A stretch of 64,000 bases of DNA from TPA_inf: Saccharomyces. Taxonomy: Eukaryota. The notes beneath the pieces are model-generated. The model worked only from the letters and a program-made list of their open reading frames with translations, was not told where the DNA came from and did no database searches. The position numbers and the translations under genes are program-made. The stretch is from positions 832,001 through 896,000 of the forward strand of contig BK006938.2 in NCBI GenBank assembly GCA_000146045.2, read 5' to 3'. This document shows positions 33,012 to 45,779 of this stretch, in pieces. The stretch's first letter is position 1. Each line of letters opens with the position of its first letter.

Positions 33012-35522
33012 TTATTTTTTTTTCATTGCTCTTCTTTTGGCCTCTTTTGTTTTTTTCTTGATTTCCTCCAGTTTCATCTGTTTTTTCTTTGGATCAGATA
33101 CAAAATCTGGTTTGAACGCGTCATAGTGACAGTCCAATTTCAACCTTTCACAGTTGAAACAGTGCGGTCTTTCCTCGGTACACTTCTTTTTCCTTAATCT
33201 ACAAATCCAGCAACCAGTACGGGACCTTGTACCTTGAGACGTTGAGGAAGTAGCATTATTCGATTCTTGAGAATTGTTTGCTTTTGATTTCGAAGTAGTA
33301 TTATTTGGTCTTTTCTTTGATGACTGTTTCGCCTTTGATTTTGCCTTAGGCTTGACATTTTTTCCTTTAGATTTAGCGAAATCCGGCGAAGTAGCGTTAG
33401 GATAATCAGCGGTATATGCCAAGCCAGAAGAAGCCTTCAAAGATGGAGACGATGGAGCTGACGAAGTTGAGGATTCGCCAAGAGAATTATAATCGCTATT
33501 GGTTTGGCTTGCTACTCTTGCGTTTCCAACTGACCTTCTCGATTTTTTCAATGGTGGAACTTCCAGTTGCTGTTGTTGTTCTGGAGCAGAAAGGCGTCTG
33601 TCTATTCGCTTACCATTCTTATTCCAAGTAACTTGCCTTGTCCTTGACTCAAAAGTGGGATCTAAAACCTTTTTAGAGTTTAGATTTAAATGGTAAGGAG
33701 ACAAGTCTTGATTTTGGTCCTGGTCTTCATCAAAAACAGCTGTAGAATTGTTGCTTTCGAAAATGGGTTGTTGTTCGGAATTATGGATACGTAACAGAAT
33801 TGGTCTTAAGACACCCTTTGATGGAAAAGATGACGAATGAGGCCTACTAGCCGGCACACCGAGCGCATTTGTGTTATTCATGTCATTGACATTGGAAATG
33901 GGTTTATCATGAGTTCTATATGGGGATGATCTCATGTTTGATAGCACTGCTGCTGCTGTACCCAAGTCGTCGTCTAGTTTGGTAGATGAAGATGCAGAAT
34001 TCGGACCGAGCAATAATCTTGATCTCAATCCATCCAATTTAGAATTGATGTATTTCGGTGGAGGTGGTGGGATGTATTGTTCATTTGTATGGAAGGGACT
34101 ATTTCTATTGTTACGATTCGGCAAATCGCCGTAAAAAAACCCAGTAGAAGGTCTTGACGAAGTGGCAAACGGGTCTTCACCGCGATTGATATTGTTCCGT
34201 TGAGGGTTGTTGTTGTTTGTGCTTGTAAACGAAGATGCGGAAGTTGGAGGTTGAGAAGGTATTTGGTTGAACCTAAAATGCTGGAAATTGTTTCTGCTGG
34301 TAATGGAAGAGCTGGTGTTCGCATGTCGAGAGTTTGTAGGCGTATCCGTGTTTGAACTAGCATTGTTGGAGGATGATTCATTCAAAGAATAAGCCTCATC
34401 TCTGTATTTCGAATTTAGCCAGAACGATATGTTGATTTTTGATTCGTTCTCGTCCAGTTTTACATTTGGGTCTGTTATCTCTCTATCCTTGTTGAAATAG
34501 AAGTTCCTGGGCGCCACGCCCACGGCACATTGGTCATCATGCACATTATGCTGGACCTGAGAGTCGTTAGATGGACTGCCGCCGCGCTTAGTTCCGCCGC
34601 GCAAATACCCGCCAATCTCATTGTTATTAGAGGATTCTCTCGAATCTGAGCTTTGTATCGAATTATTGTCGTTGTTGTTGGTACTGTTGTTTCTGCTCAG
34701 TATCGACATAGGCGAATTGGTAGTCTTACCGTTGTTCTTGTTGGCGCTGGTAATGATGAGCGGCAAATCCGATCCTGTGCGGGAACGGATGCCCGAGCCC
34801 GTGCCCGCGCCCGAGCCTGCTGCGGTGGTACCGGGGGAAGAAACCGCTGGAGCTTGTGGTGGCGGCAAATGTATTTTTTTTTTGGCGCCGGCGACGATAG
34901 TAGTAGTGGCAGTGTTACTATTAGTGGAGGTGGAGGAGTAAGGGAAAACATCCTCGTTGGTTGCAGTATACTGCGGCTGAATAGCACCGGAAATTTGTGG
35001 GTCTGTAGCCTGTGCGACATGGCCATTGCACAATGACTTAGGATCCGAAGGTGTATTGGAAGGCGCGAGTGGGCTGGCGGCAGCATGCACAGCGTTATCG
35101 CTGTCACGGCGATCTTGAAGTGTAGTATTGGTCGTAGTAGTAGTATCGTTTTCCTTAGGATCGTCTTTGATATCTCCGCCACTTTGGACTTTCAAACTCG
35201 GCGAACCAGACGGAGTATGCACGGGAGTGTTGTTGGGCGCACATGTCGATTTCATAATAGAAAGCAAAGGGTTTTCATCGTAGGTTGTCTTGAGAGATTC
35301 GATGCTAGCACTGGAAATTGTAGGATGGCGGGAGTTAGCTCCATCACTAACTTCATCTTCTGCATGTTTTTTGCCGTCTTGGCTGCTATTCATCAGCGTG
35401 GCACGAGATGTTTTATTGTGCAAATAGTGATGATTGTTGGCGGTTGTTTCCATCGAAAGCAGAGAGGCAGCCGCATTAGATTCGTCCATGTGTTTGCTTT
35501 GAGAGCGCGCCTTGTCTAGCAT
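33012..35522 (-). CDS. UME6: UME6 (YDR207C), Zn2Cys6 transcriptional regulator that binds URS1 and recruits Rpd3/Sin3 and Isw2, 836 aa.
   Basis: The 836-aa ORF MLDKARSQSKHMDESNAAAS... has a C-terminal Zn2Cys6 cluster, CWICRLRKKKCTEERPHCFNCERLKLDC, encoded at about 33100-33190. Confidence 0.95.
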   Translation of the reverse strand: MLDKARSQSKHMDESNAAASLLSMETTANNHHYLHNKTSRATLMNSSQDGKKHAEDEVSDGANSRHPTISSASIESLKTTYDENPLLSIMKSTCAPNNTPVHTPSGSPSLKVQSGGDIKDDPKENDTTTTTNTTLQDRRDSDNAVHAAASPLAPSNTPSDPKSLCNGHVAQATDPQISGAIQPQYTATNEDVFPYSSTSTNSNTATTTIVAGAKKKIHLPPPQAPAVSSPGTTAAGSGAGTGSGIRSRTGSDLPLIITSANKNNGKTTNSPMSILSRNNSTNNNDNNSIQSSDSRESSNNNEIGGYLRGGTKRGGSPSNDSQVQHNVHDDQCAVGVAPRNFYFNKDREITDPNVKLDENESKINISFWLNSKYRDEAYSLNESSSNNASSNTDTPTNSRHANTSSSITSRNNFQHFRFNQIPSQPPTSASSFTSTNNNNPQRNNINRGEDPFATSSRPSTGFFYGDLPNRNNRNSPFHTNEQYIPPPPPKYINSKLDGLRSRLLLGPNSASSSTKLDDDLGTAAAVLSNMRSSPYRTHDKPISNVNDMNNTNALGVPASRPHSSSFPSKGVLRPILLRIHNSEQQPIFESNNSTAVFDEDQDQNQDLSPYHLNLNSKKVLDPTFESRTRQVTWNKNGKRIDRRLSAPEQQQQLEVPPLKKSRRSVGNARVASQTNSDYNSLGESSTSSAPSSPSLKASSGLAYTADYPNATSPDFAKSKGKNVKPKAKSKAKQSSKKRPNNTTSKSKANNSQESNNATSSTSQGTRSRTGCWICRLRKKKCTEERPHCFNCERLKLDCHYDAFKPDFVSDPKKKQMKLEEIKKKTKEAKRRAMKKK

Positions 35523-36223
35523 CGTGAGTTAAGGTCCATGCAAATGGTTTGAGTGCGGTAGTGTCCTAGTTCCTGTGCGCTGTGCGAAGGTGGGCGCTTC
35601 TTACGATCACTGGTCTCTTGTCCTTGTCCTCTATGTTCTTTTCATTTTTCTTTTTGACGGCGGCAGTTTCCGCCTGGCATTGGTGAAAAGGCGCCTTGAA
35701 GCACGGCGGACGTGTCACCCGGACCGAAACAGAAGAGAAGTAGCGCAGTCTTGGCAATTATAGGATGCCCGAAATCCAACGTGCATTCTATTCTCGTGAT
35801 TATTCTCGTGATTTCGTGTGCAACCAATGGACTTTAAAAACTGCGCTCTACTACTTGTAGCAATGCATGTTTTGGGCAAGTGGGGTTGAGTGGAGTGTCA
35901 CCTCAGACGACGTGTCGCTTTTGTATATCCGTTTTTACGGACATAAGAACGTGCCGCCCATTCTGGGAAAACAAAACACAGGTTAAAAAAAAAAAGAAAG
36001 GAATGGATGGGGAATGGGACAGAGAGGAAAGATAGAGGTGGAAATAACAAAAGCGTGACAACAAAGAAGCAAATACGGAGGGACAAGCAAAGAAAAAACA
36101 AGGACAGAAACAAAAAATAGGAACAAGAAGTAGCACATTCATAAGCAAGAGAGTACGAAACCTGTTTACACCCCCCGAGACAGTTGCCCTATATCGCTTT
36201 TCCCTATCAATAGTTTCTAACTC

Positions 36224-38563
36224 ATGTCAGTCTTGCGATCACAACCTCCTTCAGTTGTACCGCTACATCTGACAACATCCACCAGTCGCAAAACAGAACA
36301 GGAACCATCGCTATTGCACTCTGCAATAATTGAGCGACATCAAGACCGTTCGGTGCCGAATTCGAATTCGAATCCGGATTCGAACCATCGAATAAAAAAG
36401 GATCGCAATAATCACACTAGCTACCATTCTTCATCGAATTCGGAGTCAAACATGGAAAGTCCTCGCTTGTCAGATGGTGAGTCTTCCACTCCGACCTCTA
36501 TTGAAGAGTTAAACCCAACAATAAATAATTCGAGGCTGGTGAAGAGAAACTACTCAATATCAATTGATCCTTTGCATGACAACAGCAATAATAATACGGA
36601 TGATGATCATCCAAACACCATAACTTCTCCCCGACCAAATAGCACTAGTAACAAGGAAATGCAGAAATATAGTTTTCCCGAAGGTAAGGAGTCGAAGAAA
36701 ATAACAACACCCTCGTTAAACTCGAATAATTGTTTGGATTTGGACAATTCCAGTCTTGTTCACACAGATTCGTATATACAAGACTTAAATGACGATCATA
36801 TTTTACTAAACAAGCGCGTTTCGAGGCGATCTTCCAGAATATCGGCAGTAACAGCAACTTCCACGACAATTAAGCAAAGAAGAAATACTCAGGATTCAAA
36901 CCTGCCCAATATTCCCTTTCACGCTTCCAAGCATTCTCAAATTCTACCTATGGATGATTCAGATGTAATAAAATTGGCCAATGGAGATACCAGCATGAAA
37001 CCAAATTCTGCTACTAAAATTAGTCACTCAATGACTTCTTTGCCTCTTCACCCACTTCCACAACCTTCTCAAAAGTCAAAGCAATATCATATGATATCCA
37101 AATCAACCACTTCTTTGCCGCCAGAGAATGACCACTACTATCAACACAGTCGTGGCACCAACCATAATCACGCTGCTAATGCTGCTGCTGTTAATAATAA
37201 TACTACTACTACTACCGCTGCTACGGGTCTGAAAAGATCAGAGTCTGCAACGGCAGAAATTAAGAAGATGAGACAATCTTTGCTGCATAAAAGAGAAATG
37301 AAAAGGAAAAGAAAAACATTTTTGGTGGATGACGATCGTGTTTTGATCGGTAATAAAGTCAGTGAAGGCCATGTCAACTTTATTATAGCTTATAACATGC
37401 TAACTGGTATTCGTGTCGCAGTGTCACGTTGTTCTGGCATAATGAAACCTTTAACTCCGGCAGACTTTAGATTTACGAAGAAGCTTGCCTTTGATTATCA
37501 CGGAAATGAATTGACCCCTTCTTCTCAGTATGCATTTAAGTTTAAGGACTACTGTCCCGAAGTCTTTAGGGAACTTCGTGCATTATTCGGCTTAGACCCT
37601 GCTGATTATTTGGTTTCGTTAACTTCCAAGTACATTTTGAGTGAGTTGAACTCGCCAGGTAAAAGTGGTTCATTTTTTTATTATTCGAGAGATTACAAAT
37701 ATATTATCAAGACCATACATCATTCTGAGCATATTCATCTGAGAAAGCACATACAAGAATACTATAACCATGTAAGAGACAATCCAAACACTTTGATTTG
37801 TCAATTTTATGGTTTGCATAGAGTGAAAATGCCTATATCGTTTCAAAATAAAATTAAGCATCGGAAAATTTACTTCCTAGTCATGAATAACTTATTTCCA
37901 CCACACTTAGACATTCACATTACTTATGATTTAAAAGGTTCCACATGGGGCCGTTTTACCAATTTGGATAAAGAAAGGTTGGCGAAAGATAGATCATATA
38001 GGCCTGTGATGAAAGATTTAAATTGGCTTGAAGAAGGTCAGAAAATTAAATTCGGTCCATTGAAGAAGAAGACTTTTTTGACACAGCTGAAAAAAGATGT
38101 GGAATTGCTTGCTAAATTGAATACAATGGACTATTCCTTGTTAATTGGCATTCATGACATCAATAAAGCTAAAGAAGACGACTTACAATTGGCGGATACG
38201 GCATCTATTGAGGAGCAACCACAGACTCAAGGACCCATAAGAACCGGTACCGGAACGGTAGTACGACATTTTTTTAGAGAGTTTGAAGGTGGAATTCGAG
38301 CATCTGATCAATTCAACAATGATGTGGATTTGATTTATTACGTGGGGATAATCGATTTCTTGACTAATTACTCAGTTATGAAGAAATTAGAAACGTTTTG
38401 GAGAAGTCTACGCCATGATACCAAGTTGGTGAGTGCCATACCTCCAAGAGACTACGCCAATAGGTTTTACGAATTCATAGAAGATTCTGTAGATCCTCTG
38501 CCCCAGAAAAAAACTCAATCGTCGTATAGAGACGACCCTAACCAGAAAAATTATAAAGACTGA
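36224..38563 (+). CDS. MSS4: MSS4 (YDR208W), phosphatidylinositol-4-phosphate 5-kinase, 779 aa.
   Basis: A 779-aa ORF with a C-terminal PIPK catalytic domain (…[20 protein letters not shown]…[11 protein letters not shown]…) and a Ser/Asn-rich N-terminus. Confidence 0.95.
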
Positions 38564-39073
38564 GTAGGGCACAGGTAAATAACCTATCGTCTATGTACTC
38601 AGTCTAATCTACTTTGATTTAATTTAATTCAAGTTATATAAATCTATTCTTTTCCCTTTAATTTTAATATTTTAATTTCAATCCTTTTCTTATTTTCTAT
38701 TTTTGCTTTTTTTTTTTCTTTTTTCCATATTCTCAGGCCACGTCAGGCTTGCATAAGCCACGCTAGCTAATAATTCAGCGAGACCCTATTCCAAACCTAA
38801 TTGTTCGGAACCATGCCATATCTCTTCCGCAGTGTGTGGCTAAGCGGCTTTAAGAGGATACGAAATGTCAAAAAACGAGAAAATTCGATTATATCTGTAC
38901 GAACTTTTCTTTGCGCTTACTGCCTGTTTACTTTGCTTTGCCTTCTACTGTTTTTTTTTGCTCGAGGCCGATGGTGAACTGCAACGTTATATAAACTAAA
39001 GTGCCAGAATAAAAATAAAGAAAGGCAAAGGGAGACTATCCGTCTTCGAAACAAGTCAAAAGAGCGAAAACTA

Positions 39074-39301
39074 ATGAGCCAACAACAAGGTTACTACCAA
39101 CAAGGACCCCCACAGCAAGGTTATTATCAACAAGGTCCACCACAACAAGGTTATTATCAACAAGGTCCACCGCAACAGGGTTATCCTCAGCAGCAACCAG
39201 TCTATGTCCAACAAGGTCAACCAAAGGAGGAAAGCTGCTTGGACAGTTGTTTAAAATGTTTGTGTTGTTGTTTCTTATTAGAATTGGTATGCGATAACTG
39301 A
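39074..39301 (+). CDS. YDR210W: YDR210W, a small CYSTM-family protein of 75 aa with three [10 protein letters not shown] repeats and a Cys-rich C-terminal tail-anchor.
   Basis: [76 protein letters not shown] 30-bp unit is tandemly repeated three times at about 39086-39175. Confidence 0.8.
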   Translation: MSQQQGYYQQGPPQQGYYQQGPPQQGYYQQGPPQQGYPQQQPVYVQQGQPKEESCLDSCLKCLCCCFLLELVCDN

Positions 39302-39450
39302 TTCGTTTGTTCAAGAAGTGGTCAATATAAAAAACGAAATCACATAGCCTTTCATCTATGCTGCGAAAGACTGTATAATTACTTTTAAGCAAAAATGTAT
39401 ATAATATGATGGGATCGTTACGTTGGAACAAGAATTGACCATCGTTCATC

Positions 39451-39748
39451 TGTTGTTGAAATAAAATTTGAAGTTATTCGTCGTACTAGTATCCTATCAC
39501 ATGCGGTGTAAGAAATCACATTGTATGAGAAGCAATTATCTAATTTAATGGACGCTGAAGTTCAAGAATTGGTAATGTGACAGGATAATTAATTAACAGC
39601 ATATAAAATAAAAGAATAATATTTTTATTATATAAAAATATCGATCACTCTTGTGGATTTCTAAATCCTCGAAGAGAACTTTTAATGCATTCTATATGCC
39701 TAATAATAAAGTCGCTATCGAAAATATAATATCTATGCTTATCTATAT
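39451..39748 (+). repeat. A divergent, degenerate solo Ty LTR (delta-like), about 300 bp, in plus orientation.
   Basis: It starts with tgttgttgaaataaaa (compare the canonical delta start TGTTGGAATAGAAATCAAC). It has internal blocks alignable to delta (…taatttaatggacgctgaagttcaagaattggtaatgtgacaggataa… and ggatttctaaatcctcgaagagaactt) but carries many substitutions and indels. Confidence 0.55.
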
Positions 39749-39820
39749 TGAGAAATGGATGAAATTTGAGATAATTGTTGGGATTCCATTGTTGACAAAG
39801 GCTATGATATTAGGTGTAAA
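39749..39820 (-). repeat. Left, 3'-terminal fragment of an older solo delta LTR in minus orientation, which the Ty2 insertion split.
   Basis: Read on the plus strand it is tgagaaatggatgaaatttgagataattgttgggattccattgttgacaaaggctatgatattagg..., the reverse complement of the canonical delta 3' end (…CCTAATATTATAGCCTTTATCAACAATGGAATCCCAACAATTATCTCA…TTCTCA). It is flanked on the left by tatat (39744-39748), and the same pentamer recurs at 46045-46049. Confidence 0.75.
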
Positions 39821-40152
39821 TGTTGGAATAAAAATCAACTATCATCTACTAACTAGTATTTACGTTACTAGTATATTATCATATACGGTGTTAGAAGATG
39901 ACGCAAATGATGAGAAATAGTCATCTAAATTAGTGGAAGCTGAAACGCAAGGATTGATAATGTAATAGGATCAATGAATATTAACATATAAAACGATGAT
40001 AATAATATTTATAGAATTGTGTAGAATTGCAGATTCCCTTTTATGGATTCCTAAATCCTTGAGGAGAACTTCTAGTATATCTACATACCTAATATTATAG
40101 CCTTAATCACAATGGAATCCCAACAATTACATCAAAATCCACATTCCCAACA
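39821..40152 (+). repeat. Ty2 5' LTR (delta), 332 bp.
   Basis: It begins tgttggaataaaaatcaactatcatctactaactag. The gag ATG at 40112 lies inside the LTR, 41 nt before its end. The LTR is followed by the PBS tggtagcgcc. Confidence 0.88.
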
Positions 40153-41428
40153 TGGTAGCGCCTATGCTTCGGTTACTTCTAAGGAAGTCCCATCAAATCA
40201 AGATCCGTTAGCCGTTTCAGCTTCCAATTTACCGGAATTTGATAGAGATTCCACTAAGGTTAATTCTCAAGAAGAGACAACACCTGGGACATCAGCTGTT
40301 CCAGAGAACCATCATCATGTCTCTCCTCAACCTGCTTCAGTACCACCTCCACAGAATGGACAGTACCAACAGCACGGCATGATGACCCCAAACAAAGCTA
40401 TGGCCTCTAACTGGGCACATTACCAACAACCATCTATGATGACGTGTTCACATTATCAAACGTCACCTGCGTATTATCAACCGGACCCACACTATCCGCT
40501 GCCACAGTATATCCCACCGCTGAGTACTTCCTCACCTGATCCAATCGATTCACAGGATCAACACTCTGAAGTACCTCAAGCTAAGACAAAGGTGAGAAAT
40601 AATGTCTTACCACCACACACTTTAACATCAGAAGAAAACTTTTCTACATGGGTTAAATTTTACATCAGATTTTTGAAGAACTCTAATCTCGGTGACATTA
40701 TTCCAAATGACCAGGGTGAAATCAAAAGACAAATGACTTATGAAGAACATGCGTATATATACAATACCTTCCAAGCATTTGCCCCATTTCATTTATTGCC
40801 AACATGGGTAAAACAAATTTTAGAAATTAATTATTCTGACATCCTTACAGTCCTTTGTAAAAGTGTGTCCAAAATGCAAACTAACAATCAAGAATTAAAA
40901 GATTGGATAGCTCTTGCCAACCTTGAGTACAACGGAAGTACATCTGCTGATACATTTGAAATTACAGTCAGCACGATCATTCAAAGGCTAAAAGAAAACA
41001 ATATCAATGTTAGCGACAGATTGGCCTGTCAACTAATACTTAAAGGTCTATCCGGTGATTTCAAATACCTACGTAATCAATATCGTACCAAAACGAACAT
41101 GAAACTTTCCCAATTATTCGCTGAAATTCAATTAATATATGACGAAAATAAAATCATGAATCTAAATAAACCGTCCCAATACAAACAACACAGCGAATAC
41201 AAAAATGTTTCTCGCACATCTCCAAACACGACTAACACGAAGGTTACAACTCGTAATTATCATAGAACAAATAGTTCAAAACCAAGAGCAGCAAAAGCTC
41301 ACAATATTGCTACATCCAGTAAATTCTCAAGGGTGAACAGTGATCACATTAATGAATCAACCGTTTCATCACAATACTTAAGCGATGACAACGAACTTAG
41401 TCTTAGGCCAGCAACAGAAAGAATCTAA
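40112..41428 (+). CDS. Ty2 TYA (Gag), 438 aa (recalled as YDR210W-A).
   Basis: This ORF is in the track, and it ends with [15 protein letters not shown]. Confidence 0.9.
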
Positions 41429-44400
41429 GCCAACACGCACAATAGACTCGAATGACGAACTACCTGATCACCTTCTTATTGATTCAGGAGCTTCGCAAAC
41501 GCTTGTCAGATCAGCCCATTATTTACACCATGCAACACCCAATTCTGAAATAAACATAGTCGATGCTCAAAAACAAGACATTCCTATAAATGCCATTGGT
41601 AATCTTCACTTCAACTTTCAGAACGGCACCAAAACATCAATAAAAGCACTACACACACCAAACATAGCCTATGATCTATTAAGTTTGAGTGAGCTGGCTA
41701 ACCAAAATATTACTGCCTGCTTTACCAGAAACACTTTAGAAAGATCGGATGGTACAGTACTAGCTCCCATAGTCAAACATGGAGACTTTTACTGGTTATC
41801 TAAAAAATACCTAATTCCTTCGCACATTTCAAAGCTAACAATAAACAACGTCAACAAAAGCAAAAGCGTAAATAAATATCCATATCCGTTAATACATCGA
41901 ATGCTTGGACATGCTAACTTCCGAAGTATTCAGAAGTCTCTTAAGAAGAATGCAGTTACATATTTGAAAGAATCGGATATTGAATGGTCTAACGCTAGCA
42001 CATATCAATGTCCTGACTGTCTAATCGGCAAAAGCACGAAACATAGGCATGTCAAAGGATCACGACTAAAGTACCAAGAATCATATGAGCCTTTTCAGTA
42101 CTTGCATACCGATATATTTGGTCCTGTACATCACTTACCGAAAAGTGCACCTTCTTACTTTATATCGTTTACAGATGAGAAAACCAGATTCCAATGGGTG
42201 TACCCATTACACGACCGTCGTGAAGAATCTATCCTCAATGTTTTTACATCGATATTAGCATTTATTAAGAACCAATTCAATGCTCGCGTTCTAGTTATCC
42301 AGATGGATCGTGGCTCCGAGTACACTAACAAAACTCTTCATAAGTTCTTTACGAACAGAGGTATTACTGCATGCTATACAACCACGGCAGATTCTAGAGC
42401 ACACGGTGTCGCTGAACGATTAAATCGTACTTTATTAAACGATTGTCGCACACTGCTTCATTGCAGTGGTCTACCAAATCATCTATGGTTCTCAGCAGTC
42501 GAATTTTCTACTATAATCAGAAATTCATTAGTCTCACCAAAAAACGATAAATCTGCCAGACAACATGCAGGTTTAGCTGGACTGGACATTACTACTATAC
42601 TACCTTTCGGTCAACCGGTTATAGTTAACAACCATAATCCCGACTCGAAAATACATCCTCGTGGCATTCCAGGTTACGCCTTACATCCGTCACGAAACTC
42701 TTATGGCTATATTATCTATCTTCCATCCTTAAAAAAGACAGTAGATACTACCAATTACGTTATATTACAAAACAATCAAACGAAATTGGACCAGTTCGAC
42801 TACGATACACTCACTTTTGATGATGATCTCAATCGTTTAACAGCCCATAACCAATCTTTTATTGAACAAAATGAAACGGAGCAGTCATATGATCAAAATA
42901 CAGAATCTGATCATGACTATCAATCGGAGATTGAAATAAACTCTGATCCTCTAGTGAACGATTTCTCGTCCCAATCATTGAACCCTTTACAATTAGACAA
43001 GGAACCAGTCCAAAAGGTACGTGCACCAAAAGAAGTTGATGCCGACATATCTGAATACAATATTCTTCCATCTACTATACGATCTCGTACACCCCATATC
43101 ATTAATAAAGAGAGTACCGAAATGGGTGGTACCATTGAATCAGATACTACTTCACCTAGACACTCGTCTACCTTCACTGCACGAAACCAAAAGCGACCTG
43201 GTAGTCCCAATGATATGATTGATTTGACCTCACAGGATAGAGTTAATTATGGACTTGAAAACATCAAAACTACACGTTTGGGTGGTACGGAGGAACCATA
43301 TATTCAACGAAATAGTGATACAAATATCAAATACAGGACTACAAATAGTACGCCCTCAATAGATGACCGTTCGTCCAACAGTGAATCCACTACTCCCATC
43401 ATCTCCATAGAAACAAAGGCTGTATGTGATAATACACCCTCCATTGATACGGATCCGCCAGAATATCGATCTTCTGACCATGCGACTCCTAATATAATGC
43501 CTGACAAATCCTCAAAAAATGTTACGGCTGATTCTATTCTTGACGACCTCCCACTTCCTGACTTAACCCATAAATCTCCTACGGACACTTCTGATGTTGC
43601 AAAAGATATTCCACACATACACTCTCGTCAGACTAATTCCAGTTTGGGTGGTATGGATGATTCTAATGTTCTGACTACTACCAAAAGTAAGAAAAGATCA
43701 TTAGAAGATAATGAAACTGAAATTGAGGTATCCCGAGACACATGGAATAATAAGAATATGAGAAGTCTGGAACCACCAAGATCGAAGAAACGCATAAATT
43801 TAATTGCAGCAATAAAAGGAGTGAAATCGATCAAACCAGTTCGAACGACCTTAAGATATGATGAAGCAATTACATATAATAAAGACAACAAAGAAAAAGA
43901 CAGATATGTTGAAGCTTATCATAAAGAAATTAGCCAACTATTGAAAATGAACACTTGGGATACAAACAAATATTATGATAGAAATGACATAGATCCTAAA
44001 AAAGTAATAAACTCAATGTTTATATTTAACAAGAAACGTGATGGTACACACAAAGCTAGATTTGTTGCAAGAGGCGACATTCAACACCCCGATACATATG
44101 ATTCTGATATGCAATCCAATACCGTACATCACTATGCACTGATGACGTCATTGTCAATCGCATTAGACAATGACTATTATATCACACAGCTGGACATATC
44201 CTCTGCTTACTTATATGCTGATATCAAAGAAGAATTATACATAAGACCTCCACCACATTTAGGTTTGAATGATAAGTTACTACGTTTGAGAAAATCACTC
44301 TATGGTTTGAAACAAAGTGGTGCAAACTGGTATGAAACCATTAAATCATATTTAATAAATTGTTGCGACATGCAAGAAGTTCGCGGATGGTCATGCGTAT

Positions 44401-45425
44401 TTAAGAATAGTCAAGTAACAATTTGCTTATTCGTTGACGACATGATTTTATTTAGCAAAGACTTAAATGCAAATAAGAAAATCATAACAACACTCAAGAA
44501 ACAATACGATACAAAGATAATAAATCTGGGTGAAGGTGATAACGAAATTCAGTACGACATACTTGGATTAGAGATCAAATATCAAAGAAGCAAGTACATG
44601 AAATTAGGTATGGAAAAATCCTTGACAGAAAAATTACCCAAACTAAACGTACCTTTGAACCCAAAAGGAAAGAAACTTAGAGCTCCAGGTCAACCAGGTC
44701 ATTATATAGACCAGGATGAACTAGAAATAGATGAAGATGAATACAAAGAGAAAGTGCATGAAATGCAAAAGTTGATTGGTCTAGCTTCATATGTTGGATA
44801 TAAATTTAGATTTGACTTACTATACTACATCAACACACTTGCTCAACATATACTATTCCCCTCTAGGCAAGTTTTAGACATGACATATGAGTTAATACAA
44901 TTCATGTGGGACACTAGAGATAAACAATTAATATGGCACAAAAACAAACCTACCAAGCCAGATAATAAACTAGTCGCAATAAGCGATGCTTCATATGGTA
45001 ACCAACCATATTACAAGTCACAAATTGGTAACATTTTCCTACTCAACGGAAAAGTGATTGGAGGAAAGTCGACAAAGGCTTCGTTAACATGCACTTCAAC
45101 TACAGAAGCAGAAATACACGCAGTCAGTGAAGCTATACCGCTATTGAATAACCTCAGTCACCTTGTGCAAGAACTTAACAAGAAACCAATTATTAAAGGC
45201 TTACTTACTGATAGTAGATCAACGATCAGTATAATTAAGTCTACAAATGAAGAGAAATTTAGAAACAGATTTTTTGGCACAAAGGCAATGAGACTTAGAG
45301 ATGAAGTATCAGGTAATAATTTATACGTATACTACATCGAGACCAAGAAGAACATTGCTGATGTGATGACAAAACCTCTTCCGATAAAAACATTTAAACT
45401 ATTAACTAACAAATGGATTCATTAG
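40112..45425 (+). CDS. Ty2 TYA-TYB (Gag-Pol) polyprotein made by a programmed +1 ribosomal frameshift, 1770 aa (recalled as YDR210W-B), with protease, integrase, reverse transcriptase and RNase H domains.
   Basis: The frameshift heptamer CTTAGGC lies at 41402-41408, 18 nt upstream of the gag stop. The +1 frame stays open to the TAG at 45423-45425. The pol product contains DSGAS (protease), an integrase HHCC plus D,D35E region, and the RT motif FVDDM. Confidence 0.88.
41402..41408 (+). other. Ty +1 programmed frameshift site, CUU-AGG-C.
   Basis: An exact match to the canonical Ty1/Ty2 slippery heptamer lies in the gag/pol overlap. Confidence 0.85.
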
Positions 45426-45447
45426 ATCTATTACATTATGGGTGGTA

Positions 45448-45779
45448 TGTTGGAATAAAAATCAACTATCATCTACTAACTAGTATTTACGTTACTAGTA
45501 TATTATCATATACGGTGTTAGAAGATGACGCAAATGATGAGAAATAGTCATCTAAATTAGTGGAAGCTGAAACGCAAGGATTGATAATGTAATAGGATCA
45601 ATGAATATTAACATATAAAACGATGATAATAATATTTATAGAATTGTGTAGAATTGCAGATTCCCTTTTATGGATTCCTAAATCCTTGAGGAGAACTTCT
45701 AGTATATCTACATACCTAATATTATAGCCTTAATCACAATGGAATCCCAACAATTACATCAAAATCCACATTCTCTACA
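45448..45779 (+). repeat. Ty2 3' LTR (delta).
   Basis: tgttggaataaaaatcaactatc…atccacattctctaca. It is preceded by the PPT gggtggta. Confidence 0.88.

Larger units (their letters stand above)
39821..45779 (+). mobile_element. Full-length Ty2 LTR-retrotransposon, 5959 bp (recalled as YDRWTy2-2, ORFs YDR210W-A and YDR210W-B), with the 5-bp target-site duplication GTAAA.
   Basis: Delta LTRs lie at 39821-40152 and 45448-45779, bounded by TGTTGG...ACA. GTAAA is found at 39816-39820 and at 45780-45784. A tRNAi-Met primer-binding site TGGTAGCGCC lies at 40153-40162 and a polypurine tract GGGTGGTA at 45440-45447. The Gag is the Ty2 type of 438 aa ([43 protein letters not shown]...). The Gag-Pol read-through product is 1770 aa, as expected for Ty2. 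Confidence 0.9.

Noticed and set aside
39036-39449. A 137-aa minus-strand ORF antisense to YDR210W (YDR209C, dubious).
   Set aside because: It is produced by the reverse complement of the [10 protein letters not shown] repeat DNA ([10 protein letters not shown]… repeats) and is not a plausible protein.
39651-39920. An 89-aa plus-strand ORF spanning the LTR relics and the Ty2 5' LTR.
   Set aside because: It runs across the junction of three different LTR fragments, so it is a chance ORF in repeat DNA.
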